A DNA stretch of 25,738 bases from a virus (IMGVR_UViG_3300024287_000004:64492-90229), one strand, 5' to 3'. Positions 12,871 to 22,625 are shown, numbered from the stretch's first letter. Translations and numbers: made by a program. The notes: generated by a model not told the origin, from the letters alone.

Positions 12871-13190
12871 GTTCCCCGACAGGGAATCGCTACGTTAGGA
12901 AACTAACGCTAGTATCTGGCATCTATGCCTGCCCAAGAAAATAGACGGTCTTAATGTGAGGTTCCCGTAAAGAACCCGCCAAAATACCCGCCAATAGCGT
13001 GCTATTGGCTCAAGGGCTGAGGCCCTTGCTTTAATTCCCCCGTTAGGCTCGTCCGAAGCGGGAGATAGGCAGTGTGGCCCCTTTAGACCTAATTCGTCAC
13101 GGGAGTAGCTTGCTGCCGGTGCGGAGAGGGGTTCACAACTGGAACCCATGTTGCTGAGCAGGTAGCGTGGCAGGTAACACTAAAATGTCA
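12871..13190 (+). ncRNA. Candidate ~320-nt structured ncRNA after the last tRNA
   Basis: Dense hairpins (CGTTAG-GAAA-CTAACG, GCCAATAG/CTATTGGC, CAAGGGC/GCCCTTG, GGGTTC/GAACCC); no credible plus-strand ORF. Confidence 0.45.
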
Positions 13191-13197
13191 TTATTAC

Positions 13198-13232
13198 GCC
13201 CTGCACTCTTGTGAGTGCGGGGCTTTTTGTTT
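13198..13232 (+). terminator. Rho-independent terminator ending the RNA island
   Basis: GCCCTGCACTC-TTGT-GAGTGCGGGGC followed by T-run. Confidence 0.85.
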
Positions 13233-13243
13233 TGGGAGTTTTA

Positions 13244-13966
13244 ATGGGTAATCGTAAAGTCACTGTAGAAGAATTCTTAGAAAGAGCGCGTGCAGCGCAC
13301 GGGGCCATTTACGACTATTCAGATTCGGGTTATCGCACTATGAGTCAGAAGGTAAAGATTATCTGCGCAAAGCATGGCGAATTTTATCAAACCCCAGAAA
13401 AGCATGTAACGGGGCAAGGCTGTAGGAAGTGTGGCAAAGAGAGAACGGCTGAGAAGCAAGTATGGAGTTTAAGCGACTTCACTCTAAAGGCAAATGAGGT
13501 TCACAGTAATAAATACGACTACAGCAAAGCCGAGTACCGCTCATATAGCACTAAAGTTGACATCCTATGCAAGGATCATGGCGTTTTCAAACAAACGCCC
13601 GGTTCCCACCTACAGGGGAATGGTTGCCCGAAATGCGGTAGAAAAGGTTGGTTTAAACCCACTGAAAACGCAATCCTTTACGTTCTGACAAGCGAAAAAC
13701 TCACGAAAATTGGCGTGACTAATAACCACGTAGGCGAGCGCATTGGAAATATTAAGTACGAAACAGGTATTGTATTTAAACCTTTTGCACAGTACAAGCT
13801 GGGATTGAAGGCGCTGAAAGTAGAACAAGAAGTCCTAAAGAAATTAAGAAAAACATTTGCATCTCCGGGTGAGGTTTTTACGGGTTCAACTGAATGTTTT
13901 AAATCACTAGATGTCTCTTTTGTTTGTGAAATTGTAGAGAAAGAAATTTGTAAACATGGCGGATAA
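13244..13966 (+). CDS. Putative homing-type nuclease: repeated Cys/His Zn-binding (DUF723-like) units plus GIY-YIG-like/T5orf172-type C-terminal domain
   Basis: Two C..HG.F.QTP..H..G.GC..CG repeats; LYVL...TKIGVT...ERI; start at ATG 13244 after GGGAG. Confidence 0.78.
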   Translation: MGNRKVTVEEFLERARAAHGAIYDYSDSGYRTMSQKVKIICAKHGEFYQTPEKHVTGQGCRKCGKERTAEKQVWSLSDFTLKANEVHSNKYDYSKAEYRSYSTKVDILCKDHGVFKQTPGSHLQGNGCPKCGRKGWFKPTENAILYVLTSEKLTKIGVTNNHVGERIGNIKYETGIVFKPFAQYKLGLKALKVEQEVLKKLRKTFASPGEVFTGSTECFKSLDVSFVCEIVEKEICKHGG

Positions 13967-15401
13967 GCAAAAAATTTACGGGCCATGCTCACGAAAGCAG
14001 CAGTTGGTTCTTTTGGATAACGAGTCGGATATTTTGCTTACAGGTGGCGGGGCTGGTTCTGGTAAGACCCATACTTGCATCATTAAGGCACTTAAATTTG
14101 CGGAAGACCCTGCTGCCCGGATCGTTGTATTGCGTCTCACCTACCCAATGCTGGCCTCAATCGGGGGGCTTATTGAGGAAGCGAATAAGATTTTTTCTGA
14201 TTTTGGTACTGAGTACAAGGTTCAGCTAAAAGAGCACCACTTCCCTAACGGCGCACGCGTCAAGTTCGTGGCAATGCCTACAGACTTGAAAGAAGTTCAG
14301 GGTTGGCAACCTACCCACGTTATTATTGACGAGGGAGCCGAATTCACCCTAGCAGACATCCTAGCCCTACAAGCACGTATCCGCTCCACTACTTACAAAA
14401 AGTACAAGCTGAGCATGACGATTACGTGTAACCCGGATCGCAACTCTTGGCTGTACGACTGGGTGGAATTCTCGCTCGATCCCGACACCGGGATTCCTAA
14501 GCCGGGAACGGAGAACATCATTCGCTGGTTCGTTATCCTGAACGGTAAAATCTACTGGGGAGACAGCCCAGAGCAACTTTACAAGGAACACGGTGAAGGC
14601 TACATCTACGGTGATACTTTCATCCCGCTAAGCTTCCGCTTTATCCCGATGACCATTGAGGATAATCCTGTCATCCTCAAACACAACCCCCGCTACAAAG
14701 CTAACCTGCTATCGCAAAGCCGCGTTTCGCAGCTACGCTATCTATATGGGTCGTGGACCGCAGTACCGGAAGGCAGCAGCGTATTCAACCGTGCTTGGGT
14801 TACGGAGAACGGGCGTCTGGTGGACTTTGCCCCACCAGAGGTACAAAACCGCGTTCGCTCGTGGGACTTGGCCTATTCCATCCCATCTGAAACTTACCCT
14901 AACCCGGACTGGACAGTCGGTGTGAAAATGTCCCGTTCACGAGAGGGCATCTACTACATTGAGGATGTCGTGAGGTTTAGGAAGCTAACAGATGGCGTAA
15001 TTAAGACGATTATAGACACAGCCGAGGCCGATGGCAAGAACCAACTTGTAACATACCCAAAAGATAAGGGTGGCGGTAAAGCTAACAGCGTCCACATGGC
15101 CCGTATCTTCGCAGAGAACGGCATGTTCACACGCGGTATCCCCATCTCCCCGCACTCTAGCAAGATGCAGCGTTTCTTGCCATTTTGTTCTTTGTGTGAG
15201 GCTGGGTTGGTAAGGCTGGTGAGAGGCCCGTGGAACGAAGAGTTCCTATCTGAGCTAGAACGTTTTACTGGGGATAAGAAGGCCAAGGACGATCAGGTCG
15301 ATGCAACAAGTGACGCTTTTAACACGCTTGCTAAGCAAACGTTGATGCCTGCATTCAGCATCCCCGATCTAACTAAGCCGTCCCTAGTGCCTAAACTTTG
15401 A
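13956..15401 (+). CDS. terL: Terminase large subunit
   Basis: Walker A GGGAGSGKT, Walker B VIIDEG, TCNP motif, RNaseH-like WDLA...DDQVDATSDAF. Confidence 0.97.
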   Translation: MADKQKIYGPCSRKQQLVLLDNESDILLTGGGAGSGKTHTCIIKALKFAEDPAARIVVLRLTYPMLASIGGLIEEANKIFSDFGTEYKVQLKEHHFPNGARVKFVAMPTDLKEVQGWQPTHVIIDEGAEFTLADILALQARIRSTTYKKYKLSMTITCNPDRNSWLYDWVEFSLDPDTGIPKPGTENIIRWFVILNGKIYWGDSPEQLYKEHGEGYIYGDTFIPLSFRFIPMTIEDNPVILKHNPRYKANLLSQSRVSQLRYLYGSWTAVPEGSSVFNRAWVTENGRLVDFAPPEVQNRVRSWDLAYSIPSETYPNPDWTVGVKMSRSREGIYYIEDVVRFRKLTDGVIKTIIDTAEADGKNQLVTYPKDKGGGKANSVHMARIFAENGMFTRGIPISPHSSKMQRFLPFCSLCEAGLVRLVRGPWNEEFLSELERFTGDKKAKDDQVDATSDAFNTLAKQTLMPAFSIPDLTKPSLVPKL

Positions 15402-15439
15402 TTGCTACCACACTAGCTAGCTCACTGTCAAGTAGGGAG

Positions 15440-15468
15440 TTGACAAATTGTGGGTTTTATGGTACAAT
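15440..15468 (+). promoter_or_regulatory. Promoter for the head operon
   Basis: TTGACA-17-TACAAT before the portal SD AAAAGGAG. Confidence 0.75.
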
Positions 15469-15495
15469 CGCCTCATTAAATAAAAAGGAGTTAGT

Positions 15496-16986
15496 ATGGC
15501 AGCTAAGAAGCCCAAAGATGGTGCTGGACTAGCAGCCGATAACGGAGCAGTAATCCCGCGACTATCGCTCGGTGAATCTGGCCTTGTCGGGCTGCGAACT
15601 TCTAACGGTCAGATTCTTGAGGAAGCTAATAGAGCATTCCGCTTCCCGGCGTTTCTAAAGACAGTTAATGAGATGCGCAATGATCCAACGATTGCTGCCG
15701 CCCTTAACGTCTACCGCATGATGCTAACGCGTGTTGATTGGACGGTACAACCTCCACAAGACGCGTCTGAAACAGAAAAACAGAGAGCAGCTTTTATTGA
15801 GTCCTGCATGGATGATATGGAGCACTCTTGGGGCCAATTCATCACGGAAGTAGTGACGTATATTGAATACGGCTTCTCCGTACAGGAAAAGGTCTACCGC
15901 CGTCGCCTAACGCGTAACGGCAGCAAACATAATGACGGCTTGGTTGGCATTCGAAAGATTGCCCCGCGCTCGCAAGATACAATCCGGCATTGGTGGTTTA
16001 GTGATGACGGGCGTGATTTGGTGAGCATCGGTCAAAGCCTGATTAACCTAGAAAACGGCTCACGATACGCTGCTAACACTACTGCTAAAGACGGTGTTAT
16101 CACTATCGACCGCTCAAAATTCATGCTATTTAGCGCAGACAGCGTTAAAGGCAATCCAGAAGGAAAATCCCTACTTAAAAGCGTTTATCTGCCCTACAAG
16201 CAGCTATCCATGCTTAAGGACCAGTTGCTTCTGGGTGTATCAAAAGATATGGCCGCTGTGCCGATTGTGTACCTGCCACCGGACCTGATGGATGCAAATG
16301 CCACAGACGATAAGAAAGCAGCGTACCAAGCATATCAAAAGCTCGTAGAAAATGTGGCGTCGGGAACTCAGAAGGGGATGATTCTCCCGATGATGTACGA
16401 TGACAACGGCAAGCAGATGTTTGAGTTTAAGCTTATGGAAGCTAAGGGAACCAACAAGTTTGATATCCCTAACATCATTAAGCAACTTCAAAACGACATC
16501 TTCGTAGCTCTTAATTGTGACGTAATTGCTGCAAGCGGTGAAGGTTCTTTCGACATTGGCGAAGCAAAGACAAACTTGCTAGCTTTGGCAATCGAGCATC
16601 GCCTGAACGAAATTCGAGACGTTCTTAATAACGATCTTATCCCACAACTGTACGCTTTGAATGGATGGAGCCAAGAAAGGCTTCCAACGTTCGAATACGG
16701 CGACATTGTTGACCTTGATTCGGAAGCATTCTCTAAGCTTGTACAACGTGTTGCTAGTGTTGGTTTGGTTGAAATTGACCGCCCAGTGCTTAATAAGATT
16801 CGTCATGCTATGGGTGTTCCTGAGCTAGCCGCTGATGCGGAAGTAGACAAGGAAAATCTGACAGGTGCAGCGAGTCGTAGCGGTGACGGGATGAAGCCCG
16901 GAACTACAGGTGAGGGTACTGCCAAGATTAACGGTAAGAACAGTAAAACCGACAAATCGGCAAGCAATGCCGACAATTCTGCGTAA
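15496..16986 (+). CDS. Portal protein
   Basis: 496 aa directly after terL; YGFSVQEKVY and NNDLIPQLYALNGW portal-like segments. Confidence 0.9.
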   Translation: MAAKKPKDGAGLAADNGAVIPRLSLGESGLVGLRTSNGQILEEANRAFRFPAFLKTVNEMRNDPTIAAALNVYRMMLTRVDWTVQPPQDASETEKQRAAFIESCMDDMEHSWGQFITEVVTYIEYGFSVQEKVYRRRLTRNGSKHNDGLVGIRKIAPRSQDTIRHWWFSDDGRDLVSIGQSLINLENGSRYAANTTAKDGVITIDRSKFMLFSADSVKGNPEGKSLLKSVYLPYKQLSMLKDQLLLGVSKDMAAVPIVYLPPDLMDANATDDKKAAYQAYQKLVENVASGTQKGMILPMMYDDNGKQMFEFKLMEAKGTNKFDIPNIIKQLQNDIFVALNCDVIAASGEGSFDIGEAKTNLLALAIEHRLNEIRDVLNNDLIPQLYALNGWSQERLPTFEYGDIVDLDSEAFSKLVQRVASVGLVEIDRPVLNKIRHAMGVPELAADAEVDKENLTGAASRSGDGMKPGTTGEGTAKINGKNSKTDKSASNADNSA

Positions 16987-16995
16987 AGGAGCCAG

Positions 16996-17829
16996 ATGGC
17001 ACATTCGCTCTATAGACTACTAGACACGGTTTGGAATACTCCCCATCTGGTGACAGAAGCAGCACTACGCCCGATTGTAGATTACCTACAAACAAGGACG
17101 GCAGGTGAAATTGCTATGTCGTCAGCGGTAGTGCCAAATGCTAAAGCTCCCCAACCTGAAAAGGTTGGGGGCATTGGAGAGATTAAAGTTGACGGTGTTT
17201 TGACATACAAACCTGTGGTTGGTATGTGCGGGCCTGTCGGTGTTAGCTACCAAAGCATTCTCCAAGACGCACAATCCCTGATTAACGCTGGCGTTGACAC
17301 TATCGTGATGACGCACAGTTCCCCCGGTGGACAAGCAGCACATTGCTTCTCTACTGCCCTTGAGTTGCGCGATATGTGCGACAAAGCGGGTGTAAGACTG
17401 ATTAGCTACATTGACGTTCAATCGTGTTCCGCTGCCTTGGCCCTCGGGGTCGTTGCTGACGAGGTATATATTCATCCAAGCGCCTATACAGGCTCAATTG
17501 GCTGTGTATGTGCTCTCGTTGATAAAAGCAAGGCGATGGCCGATGCAGGATTGAAGCCAATTTATATTGCTTCAACTCCCGGTAAAACCGGATTCAATGC
17601 AGACGGAAGTTTCTCCGACAGCTTCCTAGAAGAGTTGCAGGCTGATGTTACCCGCCTAGGAAATCAATTTGCAGAGCACGTATCGAAGTTCACAGGAATT
17701 GATGTTGAAACTATCGCTGCGATGGACGCAAAAACATACCACGCGGAGGCCGCTGTAGAGGTTGGTCTTGCAAACGGGGTTATGGATCATAAACAATTTG
17801 CAGACTATCTAACAAAGGATAAAACGTGA
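16996..17829 (+). CDS. Prohead protease, S49/ClpP-like
   Basis: HSSPGG, SCSAALALG, TGSIG motifs; position after portal. Confidence 0.9.
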   Translation: MAHSLYRLLDTVWNTPHLVTEAALRPIVDYLQTRTAGEIAMSSAVVPNAKAPQPEKVGGIGEIKVDGVLTYKPVVGMCGPVGVSYQSILQDAQSLINAGVDTIVMTHSSPGGQAAHCFSTALELRDMCDKAGVRLISYIDVQSCSAALALGVVADEVYIHPSAYTGSIGCVCALVDKSKAMADAGLKPIYIASTPGKTGFNADGSFSDSFLEELQADVTRLGNQFAEHVSKFTGIDVETIAAMDAKTYHAEAAVEVGLANGVMDHKQFADYLTKDKT

Positions 17830-18365
17830 TTGATGCACTAAAACGAAAACTGGGCATTGCAGCGCAAGCCGACGACGCCCAAGCCGGGGCTAACGGGGAT
17901 GTTGAAGTAAAGATGGAAGACCTTCTGGAAACTAACTCTCAACTTACAGACCAACTGGCCGGATACAACGAAAGGTTTGCCGCACAAGCGGCTGAATTGG
18001 AAGCAGCCCTTAGAGAACTGGCAGAAACGAAAGCCGCTCTAACCGCCATCCAAGAAGCAAACGCAAAAGCAGCAGCAGATACGCTGGCTGCAAAGCTAGC
18101 CGCTCGAAAGGAAGCTATTGTAGCTGCCCTTGGCACAGAGCGTGCAGACGCGTTTATGGCCGCTACTAAAGATATGCCGGATGAGCAGTTTAAAACGGTT
18201 ATGGCTGCTATGGCCCTAAACGCAGAAGCAGAAGCAAATAAGCCGGAATTCACTGAGGTTGGTGTTGACGCACAGGCTGATGTGAATGCGCTGCAAGCGG
18301 AAGCAGCAAGTAATGGTACAGCGGCTATTTTGAAAGCTAAGTACCAGCAACCAGCCGCAAAATAA
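17826..18365 (+). CDS. Capsid scaffolding protein
   Basis: Ala-rich coiled coil between protease and decoration/capsid genes. Confidence 0.7.
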   Translation: MIDALKRKLGIAAQADDAQAGANGDVEVKMEDLLETNSQLTDQLAGYNERFAAQAAELEAALRELAETKAALTAIQEANAKAAADTLAAKLAARKEAIVAALGTERADAFMAATKDMPDEQFKTVMAAMALNAEAEANKPEFTEVGVDAQADVNALQAEAASNGTAAILKAKYQQPAAK

Positions 18366-18389
18366 TTAATTTCAATTAAAGGAATAAAT

Positions 18390-18818
18390 ATGACTGTAAT
18401 TGCAACAGAAGGCCAATTTAGCCGCCTTTCTTCGCTGCTTAAGGGCAATGACACTCCAGAGAACATTAAGCTTTTCTCGGACCTTATCACTGCAAACGAA
18501 GCCGCTGGTGCTACCTACTCGCTGGGTACTGTGCTTGGAAAAATCACTGCTTCTGGTAAGTATGTGGTTTGCAAAAAAGGTGCTGTAGACGGTTCGCAAA
18601 ACCCGGCAGCGATCTACTGGGCTAACAACTTCGGTGAAGTAAAAGACGCCGTGCTTGGTGCTGGCGCTGACACTAAAGTTCTGGCGCTGACTCGCGGTAA
18701 GCTGGTGGTGGCTAAGGAAGCTTTGAAACTGGACGCCTCATTTGCAACCGGCGCTGATAAACAAGCCGTTTATGACGCTCTTAAAGCTCTCGGCATCCTC
18801 GTTGAAGCATCGTTCTGA
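18390..18818 (+). CDS. Head decoration protein
   Basis: GTVLGKITASGKY...DGSQNP motif, immediately before the capsid gene. Confidence 0.85.
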   Translation: MTVIATEGQFSRLSSLLKGNDTPENIKLFSDLITANEAAGATYSLGTVLGKITASGKYVVCKKGAVDGSQNPAAIYWANNFGEVKDAVLGAGADTKVLALTRGKLVVAKEALKLDASFATGADKQAVYDALKALGILVEASF

Positions 18819-18856
18819 TCGCTGCTGACGCTTTAAACAAGAAAGGAAACAAATAA

Positions 18857-19891
18857 ATGATCGTTCGTTCATTTGGTAACGGTTTTGAAGTTCAAGACTG
18901 GACACAAGAGATTAATACTATCCCTAACCAGTGGGGTACTATTGGTCAGCTTGGAATCTTCCAAGAAGAATCCGTAGCAGAGCACGTTGTAGTTTTCGAA
19001 GAAATCACTAAAGACGGCAACCTGATCGTTGACCGTGTGCGTGGTGAACGCGGTAACGTTGGTCGTGACGCTTCGCGTAAGATTCACTCGTTCAACGTTC
19101 CGCACTTCCCGTACGATGACGCCATCTACCCGATGGACATCCAAGGTAAGCGTGCCTACGGTTCGGCTACAGAGGTAGAAACCTTTGACGCTGTTCGTGC
19201 TCGCAAGATGGAACGTATCCGTCAAAACCACGCATGGACTCTGGAAGCAGCCCGTGCGCAAGCAATCGTGCAAGGTACTGTGTACGCTCCTAGCGGAACC
19301 GTAACACAAGACTGGTATGGTGAATTCGGCGTTGCTCGCCCCGCTGCTACTGACTTCCTGCTAGGTACTTCGACTACCGAAGTGCTGGCTAAGATCGAAA
19401 CTGTAATCGCCCAAATCCAAGACGCCTACGGTTCGTCAGTGAGCATGACTGGTATTGTCTGCTTGTGCAGCAGCCAGTTCTTCTCGAAGCTGATTGCGCA
19501 CGCAAGCGTTAAAGCCGCTTACCAGTTCTACGTTGCTACCGCTGGTCAAGACCCGCTGCGTGGCCGTATGGCTGCTGGTGGTTCGGCAGTGCCGCTGCGT
19601 CGTGAGTTCTTCTACGGTGGTGTGCGCTTCATCGAAATGCGCGATGCCTACAACGGAACTAAGCTGATCCCTGACGGTGAAGCATACTTCCTGCCTACTG
19701 GTACTGACGCATTCCGTACGTACTTCTCGCCTGCTAACCGCTTCGGCTTCGTCAACACCCTTGGTGAACAAGTCTATTATTTTGAGGCGGCGGACCCTAA
19801 GGGGACTTGCTACACCATTGAGACAGAGAGCAATTTTGTTAATGCCCTATTGCGCCCTCTGCTTGTGGTTAAAGCTAACAGCAGCAACTGA
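18857..19891 (+). CDS. Major capsid protein (lambda gpE-like family)
   Basis: 344 aa, IN.IPNQWG..., SF..PHFP.DD.I, FYGGVRF.E motifs; strong codon bias. Confidence 0.93.
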   Translation: MIVRSFGNGFEVQDWTQEINTIPNQWGTIGQLGIFQEESVAEHVVVFEEITKDGNLIVDRVRGERGNVGRDASRKIHSFNVPHFPYDDAIYPMDIQGKRAYGSATEVETFDAVRARKMERIRQNHAWTLEAARAQAIVQGTVYAPSGTVTQDWYGEFGVARPAATDFLLGTSTTEVLAKIETVIAQIQDAYGSSVSMTGIVCLCSSQFFSKLIAHASVKAAYQFYVATAGQDPLRGRMAAGGSAVPLRREFFYGGVRFIEMRDAYNGTKLIPDGEAYFLPTGTDAFRTYFSPANRFGFVNTLGEQVYYFEAADPKGTCYTIETESNFVNALLRPLLVVKANSSN

Positions 19892-19970
19892 TAGGTAGTT
19901 AAGAACTCGGCGGATAAACACCGCCCAGTCTCTTGATCCAAGCGGCCCACGGGCCGCTTCAATAAGGAGA

Positions 19971-20531
19971 TTGAAAATTAAAAAGTGTACAAGCTGTGAT
20001 ACCGACAAATCACGGGACAACTTTCACAAGAGGGCCGCAAGCAAAGACGGGCTTTCTCCAAAGTGTAAGGCTTGTATTGCAGAGTACCAAAGATCGTTTT
20101 CTGCGGAAACAAAGGCCGCTAAAGCTAAGGCATCTAAGGAGTGGTACGAGGCAAATAAAGATAGGGCTAGGGAAAGTAGGGCGGCTTATAGTAAGAGAAA
20201 CGCTGCTAGGCTAAGAGGGGTTGAGAAATCTTGGCGAAAATCTAATCCTGTTAGAGTTACTACTTACAGAAGTAAAAGACGCGCTGCTAGATTGAACGCC
20301 ATTCTACGGTTGGATGAGATGGACTCGGAATTCAATGACTTGTTTATTCTGGAAGCCCATGACCTAGTTAGACTGCGGAATAGCGTTACTGGCACAAAAT
20401 GGCATGTTGACCACATAGTTCCTCTCCAATCCAAGGTTGTTTGTGGCCTTCACTGGTACGCTAATTTGCGAGTTATTACAGCAAAGGAAAATCAAATGAA
20501 GGGAAATAGAGTTTGGGAGAATCAATGGTAA
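19971..20531 (+). CDS. HNH endonuclease with N-terminal Cys4 Zn finger
   Basis: CTSC...CKAC; WHVDHIVPL...CGLH...NLRVITAKENQMK; TTG start after AAGGAG. Confidence 0.88.
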   Translation: MKIKKCTSCDTDKSRDNFHKRAASKDGLSPKCKACIAEYQRSFSAETKAAKAKASKEWYEANKDRARESRAAYSKRNAARLRGVEKSWRKSNPVRVTTYRSKRRAARLNAILRLDEMDSEFNDLFILEAHDLVRLRNSVTGTKWHVDHIVPLQSKVVCGLHWYANLRVITAKENQMKGNRVWENQW

Positions 20532-20938
20532 TCGACCCTACTACAAATATTGGAAAGATGCGGCTAAGGCTGGGCGACTACACAGACCTCCCTATTTTCG
20601 GGGATGAGGTTTATCAGTCCGCGCTAGACGACTGTAACGGGAATCTCCCACAAGCTTGTAAGTTGGTGGCTCAGTATATTCTTGCCACTCTAACGGGACA
20701 GACTCATCAGAAGCTTGCTCAAGTCGAGGTTTATGGCCGGGAATGGTTCATCAGCTACAAGGAATACATCAAGCTAACAATTCTAAACCCGAATTTCATG
20801 CAGGCTATTCCGCCCCCATTCGGTGTTACTGAGCCGCTACCGCTTGCTGATTTTCAAAGTGACTGGAACCTTTTGTACGGTGTTACAGAGGCCCAGCAAA
20901 ACCATGCCCTAGCTACGGCAGTCTGCCCTTATTTCTAA
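20525..20938 (+). CDS. Head-tail connector/adaptor
   Basis: IGKMRLRLGD N-terminal motif typical of adaptors; synteny; start moved to ATG 20525 after GGGAG. Confidence 0.7.
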   Translation: MVIDPTTNIGKMRLRLGDYTDLPIFGDEVYQSALDDCNGNLPQACKLVAQYILATLTGQTHQKLAQVEVYGREWFISYKEYIKLTILNPNFMQAIPPPFGVTEPLPLADFQSDWNLLYGVTEAQQNHALATAVCPYF

Positions 20939-20947
20939 GGAGGGCGC

Positions 20948-21307
20948 ATGATTGATCCCGTAGTTAGAACAGTAGCTAACTTGATTAAGCTACGTGGTGG
21001 ACCACTAAAGATGTCTATTGCGACTACCGGTGTGTACAACCCCGATACATCAACAGTTGATAACGTTGTAGTGGACTACACGGTACAGGCTCTTGTGTTG
21101 GATGCCAAGGAATCGCTTGCAATGGGCAGCTTGGTTAAAGCCGGTGACAAGCAGGTTTTCATTAAGCCCGATCCAGTAAATCCCAAGCCGGAACAAGGCA
21201 CTACAGAGCTTACTATCAGTGGTGAAGTGTTCAAGGTTTATCTAGTTAAGCCGCTTAATCCAAGTGATAGCAAAGTGATTTATTACGAAGTGTATGCGAG
21301 GCGGTAA
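20948..21307 (+). CDS. Head-closure / stopper protein
   Basis: G.YNP.T...; GSLVKAGDKQV; synteny. Confidence 0.7.
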   Translation: MIDPVVRTVANLIKLRGGPLKMSIATTGVYNPDTSTVDNVVVDYTVQALVLDAKESLAMGSLVKAGDKQVFIKPDPVNPKPEQGTTELTISGEVFKVYLVKPLNPSDSKVIYYEVYARR

Positions 21308-21751
21308 ATGGCTCTGGGATTCGCTGATTCGATTCGTTTAACCGCTGAAAAACAGTTAGCGGAGGTTGATAAAAAGGTAGAGGGCGTGGCAGTTGAGCTA
21401 TTTACAGCCGTGGTGAATTTCTCCCCTAACCAAATCAAAGGTGCTATCTATTCAAAAGGCGAGTTCATCAATAACTGGCACGCTGCTAGGAATGGTGAAG
21501 ACCTCTCCAACACAGGCTGGTTTAGCGATACAGGTGAGGGTAGCAGATTGAGTATAGCTGGAATTAAGGCAGCTAAAACTTTCTACCGACGAGATGGCTT
21601 TGTAACGCTAAGCAACAGCACCCCCTACGCGGAGCTTGTTGAGTATAAGGGCTGGCCTACTAGTATTAACCCGGCTTGGATTAGAAATCTCCCGCCATAT
21701 GCCCCTGTTCGCAGCGCATGGAGCCATGTCGTTCCTAAATTTAAAGTGTGA
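21308..21751 (+). CDS. Neck / tail completion protein (HK97 gp10-like)
   Basis: LSNSTPYAELVEYKG motif; synteny. Confidence 0.7.
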   Translation: MALGFADSIRLTAEKQLAEVDKKVEGVAVELFTAVVNFSPNQIKGAIYSKGEFINNWHAARNGEDLSNTGWFSDTGEGSRLSIAGIKAAKTFYRRDGFVTLSNSTPYAELVEYKGWPTSINPAWIRNLPPYAPVRSAWSHVVPKFKV

Positions 21752-21757
21752 GGGTAG

Positions 21758-22129
21758 ATGACAATTAGGACGGAAGTAGAGAAAAAGCTAGCTTCGCTAA
21801 ACATCCCCATCGCTTACGAAAATGTCAGCTTTACCCGGCCTACCGGGGAGTGGCTAGAAGTGTTCTTTCTGACACCAAATAAGTTGCTGAGCAATGTAGC
21901 AGCAGATGGTTACAGGGAATACGGGATGTTTCAGGTGAACGTACATACGAAGCTTGGAACAGGTTCAGGCAGGGCTACGGAGCTTGTGAACATGATTAAA
22001 AACCTGTTCCCCGTGCTCCCGAAGACAGGCTCATTTAGCGTGGAGAGTCCACCTAACGAAGCTAAGGGATTCCCAGATGGTGAGCATTGGTGCGTCCCAA
22101 TAACAGTGCGCTATCGCGCAGAATTTTAA
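21758..22129 (+). CDS. Tail terminator protein
   Basis: IAYENVSF, G.FQVNV, W.VPITVRYRA; directly before the tube gene. Confidence 0.75.
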   Translation: MTIRTEVEKKLASLNIPIAYENVSFTRPTGEWLEVFFLTPNKLLSNVAADGYREYGMFQVNVHTKLGTGSGRATELVNMIKNLFPVLPKTGSFSVESPPNEAKGFPDGEHWCVPITVRYRAEF

Positions 22130-22146
22130 TTTAAAAAGGAAATCAC

Positions 22147-22593
22147 ATGAGTAAAGCACGTACTAGCGCCGGTACAAAACTGTATGTTTCGGCCACCCTG
22201 CCAGCTACTTACGATAAAGCTGGTTTTACTGCCCTTACTTGGGTTGAGGTCGGTGAAATCTCCGATCTAGGTAGCTTCGGTAAAAAGTACAACCTTGTTA
22301 CGTTTAACCCGCTGGGCGATCGTAAAACTATTAAGCGTCGTGGATCGTACAACAACGGTACGCTGTCGCTGAAAATGGCGGCTGTTCCTACGGATGGTGG
22401 TCAGGTTATCCTGCAAGATGCCGACGACGACTCGCTAGGATTTAAAGTTGTAACCCAGTCTGGTAGTACTTACTACTTCTCTGGTCAAGTTATGGGTGTG
22501 ACTCTGGAAGTTGGTTCGGTCGATCAGATTATGGGCGCAAGCTGCGATATCGAGATTGACGACGACATCATCACAGACGCATTGACAGCCTAA
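22147..22593 (+). CDS. Major tail tube protein
   Basis: LTWVEVGEISDLGSFG, KRRGSYNNG motifs; strong SD. Confidence 0.88.
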   Translation: MSKARTSAGTKLYVSATLPATYDKAGFTALTWVEVGEISDLGSFGKKYNLVTFNPLGDRKTIKRRGSYNNGTLSLKMAAVPTDGGQVILQDADDDSLGFKVVTQSGSTYYFSGQVMGVTLEVGSVDQIMGASCDIEIDDDIITDALTA

Positions 22594-22599
22594 CAGAAG

Positions 22600-22625
22600 G
22601 CCCCGCTTCGGCGGGGCTTTTTTAT
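22600..22625 (+). terminator. Rho-independent terminator
   Basis: GCCCCGC-TTCG-GCGGGGC + T-run. Confidence 0.9.

Noticed and set aside
6517-13149. Many 60-120-aa ORFs in the track across the RNA island (e.g. 7436-7786, 7624-7809, 9956-10294, 12181-12417, 12895-13149)
   Set aside because: They are translations of tRNA/ncRNA sequence, mostly antisense, with no SD or protein motifs
19909-19959. Two GC hairpins after the capsid gene as a terminator
   Set aside because: No following U-tract; possibly mRNA-stabilising, but not supportable as a terminator
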